Source: Octopus vulgaris
Taxonomy: Eukaryota
DNA: 64,000 bases
Direction of reading: 5' to 3'
Assembly: GCA_951406725.2 (NCBI GenBank)
Contig: OX597823.1
Span: 33,046,001 to 33,110,000 of the forward strand
The notes beneath the pieces are model-generated. The model did not search any database and was not told where the DNA came from. It saw only the letters and a list, made by a program, of their open reading frames with translations. A program made the translations under genes and the position numbers. Positions 12,385 through 23,236 of the stretch are shown one piece after another; the first letter of the stretch is position 1; each line of letters begins with the position of its first letter.

Positions 12385-13821
12385 TATATATATATATATA
12401 ATACAAAATGGGACAAGAACGCAAAACATCCAGACAGTTAGGTGATACAAAAAGGGACAACAAAACATCCAGATAGACAATACAAAGAAAACAAGGATAG
12501 GTCATTTGAAGTTTTCTTTCCTCAGTTGAGTACCAGATTATCTTTGCAATTTCAGCTGATTATACTTGAGATTGCTCCAATCTGGCCAGCCCCTAGGAAA
12601 AACTAAGCTAAGAACATTAGATTCCTTGGAAGAAAGCAATGAAAGTATACAAAAACAAGAACGGAAATAAATGGACAATGTTACACAAATACAATAAAAA
12701 TAATAACAGGACATAACAACAGGTGTCTTTCGACTAAGGACAAATTAAATTAAGCTGGCATGTGTGGAAATGAAGCCTTACAGCAGGGATACAAGATTTC
12801 ACACACAGAGGGAGAAATATTGATGTTGCACGGACAAAGGCCAGACCATATATATATATATATATATGTAATTTTTTGGACTAATGAGTATATGTCAGTT
12901 AGTGTGTTGAGTAAAGCACATTCACAGTTTGGGCTACCTGGTGTATATAAAATATACCACGGCTGGGGTATATTTTACTAGTGGATCTACTTCAAGAATT
13001 CTGCAATGTTAGCTGAGATAATAATAACTGATGAAGGAAACAGAAGATATATTTGGTACTAGTCTTTATTCAGTACAACAATCATTTCGAATCCTCCTGT
13101 GACTATTGTTTATGGGTAGGATGTTGTGCATCCAATTGTATTGCATCGATCAGTGCAGTCTGGGGTACATCAGGTACATGTGTACATAAATTGTTGTCCC
13201 GCTAAATATACTGAGTTCTTGCAGGCTTGATGCTGTTGTTTATCTGCTGCGCCCTGGTTGGAAGCAACACTGAAAGGACCCATCTTGGCTCTCACATAAG
13301 ATCTGTGAGACACGGAAGTCAAACCTGATTCGGCAGCTGTGTTGGTGTGGGTCATGTAGTAAGAGGAAGAGGAGGATGCCAGCTGAAGGGATTGTGTGGG
13401 GAGGGAGGAGGAGGGGGAAAGCAAGAGCTAAGATCAGAGCCCTGCAAGGATAACAAAGAGAAGGGCTGGTTCTGATGTCCCCCCCTCTTAATATTATTAA
13501 TTATATCCATTCTGATCACCATCTCATTAACTTCAGCAATGAGGTCTGTCATGATCACTAGTTGTGCTCTAGATACCATTCATTAGCTCCACCTCTGCGT
13601 ATCTATCACTCTTATTTTTCCACTCTACAAACAATCTGAGAGGGACTAGCATAATGATACAACTAGTATTAATGCTGGTCATCTCAGTTGTTATCCAGAT
13701 GGTTCCAGTAGTTTTACAGATGGCTCCAGTAGGTGTACAGAAGATCCCAGTTGCTGTACAGAAGTTATGTAGTTTACTAATAAATCATCAGCTGTGATTA
13801 TCCAGTATTGATTGTAAGTAA

Positions 13822-14041
13822 CCCTTTCATTACTGTATTTCTTTTGAGATGTTATGTGTTTCTTTCAATTACTTTAAATATAACAAAGAATTTAGTAAAA
13901 TAACTTAGTTATCATTAAGTTAGTGTTAAGAACATAAATTGTGATTAAGGTTTGGTGGAAGATTTTAAATCCAAACTTATGAAAACAAGACATTTGTACT
14001 CAGAGCCAGAGCTGGTTTCAGCCAGGTTTGTAACGAAAGGG
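13822..14041. mobile_element. piggyBac-type MITE
   Basis: TIRs CCCTTTC(A/G)TTAC / GTAACGAAAGGG; flanks GTAA and TTAA. Confidence 0.85.
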
Positions 14042-14387
14042 TTAATGTTATCTTAAGATTCAAACATAAGCACAGTTAAGTTTGAGATTTGTTTGTCAAT
14101 GGTTCAGTGAAGGATAAAGGACTCATTCTATAACATTCACAAACCTTTTCAGATTGGTGATATTAAAGTAGGTGATACTCAGCTTGAAATTTGGTAAGCT
14201 GACAACTGTAGAGGAAGATAAGTTAAATATAAGTCTAAATTTGAACTAAATTTGTGGATTAGTTGAAATGTTGATTTAACAAAATGTGGATATCAACATA
14301 ACTGTAATATAGAAAAGGTTTTCTAACATTTGTAATTGTCTTTTTCTTAAAACTGCCTATATATTTTTAAAAAATTATTTTGTTTAA

Positions 14388-14608
14388 TCCTTTCGTTACT
14401 CTATTTATTTTGAGATGCTCTGTGTTTCTTTCAATTGCTTTAAATATAACAAAGAATTTAGTAAAATAACTTAGTTATCATTCAGCTAGTGTTAGGAACA
14501 TAAATTGTGACTAAGGTATGGTGGAAGATTTTAATTCAAAACTTATGATAACAAGACATTTGTAATACAGAGCCAGAGCTGGTTTCAGCCAGGTTGGTAA
14601 CGAAAGGG
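14388..14608. mobile_element. piggyBac-type MITE
   Basis: TTAA TSD at 14384-14387 and 14609-14612; TIRs TCCTTTCGTTAC / GTAACGAAAGGG. Confidence 0.88.
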
Positions 14609-15989
14609 TTAAACTGATATAGATTTCTAAGACAGACTCAAGGCTACAAATTTAGGGGTAGATTATTGTTAATTTTATTGATCTGATTATTTGATTGGTG
14701 TAAATTTCATTAACTCATTGAAAGATGAAACACACACAGAGTGGGTGGGATTTGAACTCAGAATCTAAAAGGACACAACAAAATAAAATACTGAAATAAA
14801 TCTTGTTTGGTAATCTGCTGATTATACCAAACTCAAGATAAACACTGAATCAAGAGATATCTGGCTACTGAGTCAAGTATCTCAGTTGATTATAGAGAAT
14901 CTTGCTTGTTAGTTTGTGTAGTCCCCACTTTGAGGGCAGGAAAGATGTTTGCAGAAGGGCCAGTTTAGATTAGGTCCCTTGGGGATTAGCAGATATGGTG
15001 GTAGTCAGTGGCATAGCTAATGTGTATGCTTTCTGGGGTAGCCTTTGCGTTTACAGCCCCACTGCTGTGTCCTCTATTCTATATAGGCTTATGCAGCAGG
15101 CCCAAAAGTGCTGCCCTCCAAAAAAGCATTGCTTAGACAGACTGTTTCCCTTGTCCCATCCAGCTACCCGACTGGTAGTGATGATGGTGAAGATGGTAGG
15201 CTAAAGACAGCAATGGCAGTGCAGATGGTTGCATTTACAAGTGAGAGATAAAGTGGAAGGTGAAGGAAGAGGTAGCCATCATTGATTGTGCTCTGAGTGA
15301 GCAGCTTAAGTGAAACAGACGTAATATTATGAAATATTAGGTTTTTACGTTTTAATACCTCATGGCCTGGTTCAGTCAGATTTACTTTTTGTCTGTCTGT
15401 CTGTCTGTCTCTACCACACACACACACACACATGCATGCATACACATACAAATTTTATCATACACATCTACACACAAAACACAGTTTCTTGTACACAGAC
15501 ATATAAACATACACATACTCATGCACACACACACACAATTTTTCATAGATATACATTCATACACACGCATACAATTGCAAAGGCAATAACACACAGACAA
15601 GTATGATATAAAATGAGAGAGAGAGAGAGAAAGAGAGCAAGAAGGGAGTAGAAGGTAGACAGCAGCGGGGGCTGGAATGAGGTGAAGACGAGTTGCAAAG
15701 TCATAATGAAATAAAGAGCTGGAGGGGATTTGAGGAGGGAGAGAGAGAGAGAGAGATGGGGAGGAATGATAGATTTAGCGAGGAGAGGTGTTGTGTGTGT
15801 GGGTGGGGTGTAAGGATACCCTCCACTTACAACAATAATGAATAAGTCACAACTTCCATTGCTAAAGAAGTATTATCTTTTAATCGGTTATTATAGTATT
15901 AAATGTGTACCCACCACCCATTCCATGCTCAGTCTACTGAAACCATAAGACATGAAGTTTAAATGTGGTATTGTATAACATATAGGCAC

Positions 15990-16176
15990 CCGAAATTTTT
16001 GGAGAGGGATCAAGTTGGTTAGATTGACCCCAGTGCGCAACTGATACTTAATTTGTTGACCCCGAAAGGATGAAAGGCAAAGTCAACTTCAGCGGAATTT
16101 GAACTCAGAATGTAAAGACAGACAAAATACCCCTAAGCATTTCGCCTGGTGTGCTAACATTCCTGCCAGCTCGCAG
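15990..16176 (-). mobile_element. SINE, same family as 3276-3507
   Basis: Reverse-complement core GACCCCGAAAGGATGAAAGGC and GGAATTTGAACTC. Confidence 0.8.
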
Positions 16177-16399
16177 CATTAGATATTTGAAATATTGAAG
16201 TCTATTTATTACCAGTTTAGAAGAATAACAAATGGTAAGTTTCTACCCAGTGCTAGTAATAAACTATTTTTGGTGGGGTGGGGTGGGGGTGGATGCCTGC
16301 CTCAGTTGAACTATTTTACAAACTTAGACTGAATTCATACTACTATATTAAATCTCATCTAAAATATTAATTTTCTTTGAATAATTGTAATTAGTATTA

Positions 16400-16745
16400 G
16401 AAATTGTAGTTGTGATCCCTGTGCCAATGGCACGTAAAAAGCACCATCTGAACATGGCCAATGCCAGCGCCACCTTGACTGGCTTTTATGCCGGTGGCAC
16501 GAAAAATGCACCATCTGATCGTGGTTGATGCCAGCCCCCTTTGGCTCCTGTGCCAGTGGCATGTAAAAAGCACCCATTACACTCTTGGAGTGGTATGCAT
16601 TAGGATGGACATCCAACTGTAGAAACACTGTCAGATCAGACTGGAGTCTGGTGCAGCCCCCTGGCTTCCCAGACTCCAGTCGAACTGTCCAACCCATGCC
16701 AACATGGAAAACGGATGTTAAACGATGATGATGATGATGATGATG
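16400..16745 (+). mobile_element. RTE LINE 3' UTR fragment with (GAT)n tail
   Basis: Same family as 5560-5890. Confidence 0.8.
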
Positions 16746-17100
16746 TAACACTAATTAGACTAGTATTAAAATGTTCTTGAAGCACCTGTTTAAGGCGAAA
16801 TGTTTAGTTTTGGTAGAGCCCAGTGCTAAGTGATGGGTGAAGATCTTGTACTTAGTTTTATTTAAAGGTTAGTATTTAGTTTTGATTTAACCCTTTAGTA
16901 TTCAGATTAATCTGTCAATGTAATACCTATTTATTCATCATCATCATCATCCCCCTCCTCTCCTCCTCCTCCTCCTCATCATCATTGTTTAACACCCTCC
17001 TTCTATGCTGTGTGATGGTATTTATTTATATATTTATTTGGGGTCTTATTTATCATATATTTATATATTTATCTATAAATATACAAAGTATCTGATAAAA

Positions 17101-17292
17101 TTCAGTATTAATTCAATTTTGGGGGATTAATCGATATGTGGGTATTCTATTTCAGATAATACAAAAATAACCTAATGAGTTTACTGTCAGATATAAGTTT
17201 ATTGTCAGATATACTCATTAGGTTATTTTTGTATTATCTGAAATAGAATACCTGCATATCAATTAATCCCCCAAAATTGAATTAATATTGAA
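17101..17292. repeat. Fold-back palindrome, 80-bp arms
   Basis: 17101-17180 is the near reverse complement of 17213-17292. Confidence 0.9.
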
Positions 17293-17561
17293 AATATATA
17301 CATACAGACATACATAAAACATACATACGTACATACATACATACATACATACATAAATACATACATACAAAAATACCCTGTTGTTGATGTTGAAATTCCA
17401 ATGAAGGAACCTTGGATCTAGGTTAGAAACCAGTTCTCACTCTATTGGCAAGAAATCTAGAAATAAACTGAGTAATGACATACGTACATATATATATATA
17501 TATATATTATTGGATAAATACTATCCCTTAGTGGGTTACACCCATAACTCCTATCTTACTT

Positions 17562-17612
<51 letters not shown>

Positions 17613-17629
17613 GCATACATAAACATACA

Positions 17630-17696
<67 letters not shown>

Positions 17697-17711
17697 CACT
17701 AGGCCATTGCG

Positions 17712-17755
<44 letters not shown>

Positions 17756-17757
<2 letters not shown>

Positions 17758-17970
17758 CGCAATGGCCTAGTGGTTAGGGCAGCGGACTTGCGGTCGGAGG
17801 ATCGCGGTTTCGATTCCCAGACCGGGCGTTGTGTGTGTTTATTGAGCGAAAAAACACCTAAAAGCTCCCACGAGGCTCCGGCAGGAGGTGGTGATCCCTG
17901 CTGTACTCTTTCACCACTCTAAAAGGCGGTGCTCCAGCATGGCCGCAGTCAAATGACTGAAACAAGTACA
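17756..17970 (+). mobile_element. tRNA-derived SINE (chimeric 3' end)
   Basis: A-box TGGCCTAGTGG, B-box GGTTTCGATTCCC, intact CpGs; 3' end matches the SINE family at 8815. Confidence 0.8.
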
Positions 17971-18006
<36 letters not shown>

Positions 18007-18939
18007 GGTGGTGGGATGCTAGTGCATCTCAAGATACAAGTAGGTATGGGAGAGGATTGCATAGGAGGGGTGGAGTTTCATAAATGTGAGGGGAGATGAT
18101 TAAAGATTGGGGTAGAGGTGAATGTAAAGAATGATGGTGAGAGATACAGGTGTGGCTCAGAGGGCCTACAGTAAGTGTAGTGTGATGGTAGATATGAGAG
18201 GACATTGACAGTGATAGCAGTTAAGAGGAAGAACAATGGCTGAAGGCACAGAAAGAAGGTGATTGGTGGAAATAGTGTGGGCAGGGATGATAGAAATGGG
18301 AGAGGTTTGGAAGGTGTTGAAAGGGGGAAGTAACCAGAAGGAAGGGGATGTAATATTCTGCTCTCAGATAATTACAGCAGCCTGAGTAGTACCATAGATA
18401 GGGAAGTTATTGCTGTTAGGGATGGGGGAGGGAAATGGCTGACAGGGCAGAGAGAGATGGAGAAGAGGGGGTAGGACCCCCCACATGTACAAGCATGGCC
18501 ATGGTGGTTTTAGGATTGCTGTGATGAATGGATCTTCTTGATGGATTCCACACATTTCTGTCAATCCAATTCACTCACAAGGCATTGGTCAGCTCAGGGT
18601 TATAGTAGGAAACATTTCCTGAAGGTACCATTCAGTTGGATTGAACCCAAAGAAACACTGTTGCAAAGTGAGCTTCTTAACCACACAGCCATGCTTGTAC
18701 CTGTCTATCTACACTTTCATTAAGCTAATCTCTTTGCTGTACACTAACTAGTCATACTTGAGCCATACCTTAGTATAACCATTCTTTAGATTAACTCATG
18801 ACCTCACTTCACAAAGATGGATTAATTTACAAATCAATACATATGTATTCCCTTTCCTGACTTTTGTACATAATTCTAGGTACTGTACGTACACCTTTGG
18901 TGAGTTGTACTGCACCTGAACACTATACACAATAATTTC

Positions 18940-19030
18940 ACCACCACCACCGCCACCACCACCACCCCCATCATCATCATCATCATCATAATCATCATCA
19001 TCATAATCATCATCATCACCATCAACACTA

Positions 19031-19082
<52 letters not shown>
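18940..19082. repeat. Compound microsatellite (CAC)n(CAT)n(TAT)n
   Basis: Direct reading. Confidence 0.95.
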
Positions 19083-19084
<2 letters not shown>

Positions 19085-19752
19085 TGTAAATTTTTACTTA
19101 TCTTACAAACTATGGCACAAGATTTGAATCAGATCATCAAAACAACATAAAACTAAATTCTAGCATCAGAATTATTGGTGCTGTTTGAAATTTTCGTAAC
19201 AATGACAACCAGATTGTAGGAATTTCTTTGCAAGAATTTATTTAACGCAGTTTGTGGATGTAAACAAGTTGTTTATAAAATAAAAATGATAATAAAGATA
19301 AGAAATCATAAAAGTTATTCAAGAAATGTTCAACTATTGAAATGAGATTATTTAGAAAAATACTTCATTTGGCAATTCTCCTAGTTTACCAAGGCTTTGT
19401 TAGAATTTTCATAAACCTATATGTGCAACTTTATTTATTTCTCTTCACTCTCACTTTCACTTCCACTCTCATTCTCATTCCTATCTTCATTTCTCCCTCC
19501 CTCACTGTTTGTCTGTCTACCTGCCTGTCTGCCTGCTTGTTTGACAGTCTGTTTCTCTCTCTCTTAGCCTCCATCACTGTATCATTATCCAGGTTCATTC
19601 TCTATCACAACTACCCGGCCATAATAATAATGATAATAATTTTCCATACAATAACCATCAGAGCATCACAACAAATCACAGCACATACCTAAGGCACACA
19701 GAGCTGCGCGCGATAGTGAAGTGAAAGCATGCTATAAAAATAATACTGAATG

Positions 19753-19798
<46 letters not shown>

Positions 19799-19825
19799 GA
19801 AGAAGAAGAAGAAGAAGAAGAAGAA

Positions 19826-20188
19826 CTAGCACTATGACCCGGCAACGCCGGGTCATAGTGCTAGTGCATGCATATACAGCTGCGTGCGTGCGCACATACA
19901 CACAAGTACTGTCCAAATCTCCAACCAATCACATACAGCTCGCTGGCATTCTATTGGCGTATCAAGTTTTGGGCATTTTGATTGGGTTTTGGATAGAAAA
20001 TTCACCAAAAATCACTTCTATTGATTTTTTAGTGGATTTGTTGGGTGACTGGGGAAATGTAAAGATGTGCACGACCACCCTTGGACGGTTTTAAATGACC
20101 ATAGAAAGTGCGAGCCCTCTAACTGAAAAATTGTGGATTTGTATAAAGGACACACACGCAGACATTTTGCCATTTATATATAGAGAGA
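19826..20188 (-). mobile_element. Non-autonomous Helitron
   Basis: Minus strand starts A|TCTCTCTATATATAAATGG and ends with hairpin CCCGGCGTTGCCGGG then CTAG|T; no TSD; A|T target. Confidence 0.8.
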
Positions 20189-20208
20189 TGATAATGATAA
20201 TGTTAGTG

Positions 20209-20258
<50 letters not shown>

Positions 20259-20274
20259 TATGGTGATGGTGATA

Positions 20275-20327
<53 letters not shown>

Positions 20328-20719
20328 AAAAATAACAACTCCTCTCTGCCCATTCCCATTACAAAGACATTTAATATTTAAAGCTTTTCCAATCCTTTTG
20401 ATGACAAAGCTCCGGGACTCAAATATGCAAATTAAGCTATCAACCATGGTAATAGCTTGATTCTTGACTGCTTTTATATAGTACCTGAATACTCTATGCT
20501 ATCAACTGAGGGATGGAGATTAGGTGCATCTTCTGTGACAAACAGTCAACAAATTGTGAAAACAGCCCATTAGAAAACTCCACACATTAAAAGCATAGTA
20601 GGAATATGTTTACGTTATTATGGTTTGTTATCACAGCTAAGGCTTTCTAGTATTTGAATTTATTTCATTACCTCTTGTTTACACTGTGTTGTCTGTAATA
20701 TATACCAAAGTAAGCTAAA

Positions 20720-21480
20720 AATTATAAGCACTCTTGTTTCTGTAGTTTATTGAAACAAAAGCAGGAGTTGAACAATTACATAATTTTTTGACATAGTCTC
20801 CTGGCTTTTTAATGCTCTTTTACCAGTGGTCCACAAACTTACTCATTCCATCACAGAAGAAGGTTTTTGGCAGGTCACACAGTCATTTATGCACCACTTT
20901 CTTTGTCTGTAGCAAATTGACAAACTTGTAAAGGATGTTTGAGCTGGCCAAAGAGGTGGTGGTCAGAAGGGGCAAGATCTGGACTGTATGCAGAGTGTTC
21001 CATCAACTCGAAACTCAATTTTTCAATGGTTTCAATGGTGTGGGTGGCCGTATGCAGATATGCATTGTCCTGCAACAATAACACTTGCTTTGACAGCAGA
21101 CATCAGTGTTTGGTAAAAATTGCTGGTTTCAGTCTGTTGGTCAGCATTTCACTGTAGCCTACACTAGTGACTGTAGACGCCTTTTCCAGGCAATGTTCCA
21201 GTATAAGCCCTTTTGCATCCCAAAAAATGGTTAGCATCAATTTTTCTGCAGAAAGATGAGTCTTGAATTTCTTGCCACTGGTGATTCTGGGGGTTTCCCC
21301 TTCATACTCTGCCTTTTGGATTCCAGTTCGAAGTGATGGACTTAGGTCTCATCTCCTGTAACTATTCTCTCCAAAAAAGCTTCGCCTTCATTGTAGTGGT
21401 TAAGCAAGCACAGATAGATCTCCACACAATTACGCTTATGCACTTCTGTAAGCTCTCTTGGAACCCATCTTAGACACTCT
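20720..21480 (-). mobile_element. Mariner transposase remnant
   Basis: LLLQDNA...HSAYSPDLAPSDHHLF (mariner YSPDLAPxD motif); upstream TGDET-like and TIFWDAKG segments; disrupted. Confidence 0.88.
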
Positions 21481-22201
21481 AAGGAAGTAAAGCATTTCTT
21501 ACAATTGTTTCAACAATAACAAATAAAAAAAGGCCACAATACATCAGGTGATTTTTCTTTGTATTCTGCCAAATCATATAGGTGTATTTGTGTGATCGCA
21601 TGATTTGAATGGAAATTTCCATGCAGTTTCCCACCAAAATATGATCATAAATTGATGTGTGGAAAAGACAAATCAGAGAGGAGAGAAGCTTAACAGAGTT
21701 TATTAGAGGTATTCTAGGTGTGTTGACAGCCATGGTAAAAGAACATCTCATCAACTATGAAGACTTATTGTCTTATTCTCTCAGTACATAGACACACTCT
21801 TGTCATTCAGCTTATCTCTCAAGAGATAAGGGACATGAGACATTCTCAAGATCAGCAAAGGCATACTGCAGCATGTCAGATTGAGTCTCAAGATAGAAAG
21901 GAGATGAGACTTTCCCAAGATCAGTAAAGCATACTGAATCATTAAAACAACATTTAGCACACCAGATTACACAGAGGTCCAATAGAATAGCTCTCAGAAA
22001 CAGACCATGTACAAATTCATTCTTCACATCTCCTGTCCAAATTGGTGTCCTAAATTCAAATTGTTGTTTCTGCAAAGCTCTAAAATTTACTCCACAAATG
22101 TTTTGTCATCAATGCTGCACTTTCCCACATCACCTGTTTCAACATAACTGTAATATACAAACTATGCCATTTTAATCCTTAGCAATGCCAGGTTTCTCTG
22201 C

Positions 22202-22253
<52 letters not shown>

Positions 22254-22256
22254 ACA

Positions 22257-22319
<63 letters not shown>

Positions 22320-22339
<20 letters not shown>

Positions 22340-23131
22340 TCTAAATCTGAAATGCGAAAAGTTTGTTTGTTTGTTTGTTTGTCTGGTTTTGGCATTGAGA
22401 ACAGGTTAAAGGCCATTAGATCCCGTCGGATTGACTCCAAAATTTACAGGGACATGTAAAATGAGGTGAGGATGCCAGTGGGCATCTTAAAACGTGTCGT
22501 TGCTAGGGCCAAAAACGCACTTTGACAAGTCTACTCTCATTCTTTTATGTATCTGTCTTCCTCTGTCACTCACTCTCTTTCCTCCCTTCCCATCACTTTC
22601 TATATATAACGTTGTTTCACGATGTCTAACTCCCTTACCTTCACTTTCTCTTTATAATGTCGTGTCACGGCGTTCTATATCTCCTCCTCCCCGCCTTCAA
22701 CAGTGCTTTCACACTCTCTCTCTCTCTCTCTCTACGTCTGTCTGCATTCATAGAGAGAATTATCATTGCCACCACCACCACCACCACACAATCATGAGAA
22801 CAAATATTATGAATCAGATATTTATTGGGTTAATTTATATATGTGTGTATGTGTGTTTTCTATATATAAATATGTATATATAATGTATATATACAAAGTG
22901 TATATATCTGTATTTATGTATATTAAACTTTTTAATACTTTTTGATAGTTATATATATTTTTTTTAAAATTGTAAATATAAATTAATAATTTTAATTTTA
23001 AATTTAAATAATTTAAATTTTTCAATTTTATATTTTATATATTTTGTATATTATATTTTTATTTTTATGTTTTGGTTTATGTTTTTCACTGCTTGATTTG
23101 CCTATTAGTGGTTTTATCTCTAATTTAATTT

Positions 23132-23166
<35 letters not shown>

Positions 23167-23191
23167 GTATACATTTGTATATATAATGCGT

Positions 23192-23236
<45 letters not shown>

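Noticed and set aside
13025-13045. CTGATGAAGGAAAC hammerhead-like match
   Set aside because: There is no room for stem II and no stem I or III pairing.
17756-17830. tRNA gene
   Set aside because: It has A and B boxes but no convincing acceptor stem or oligo-T terminator, and it continues into a SINE body and tail.
19689-20460. Poly-Ile/poly-Met/poly-Arg ORFs
   Set aside because: These are translations of (AAT)n, (ATG)n and (AAG)n microsatellites flanking a Helitron.
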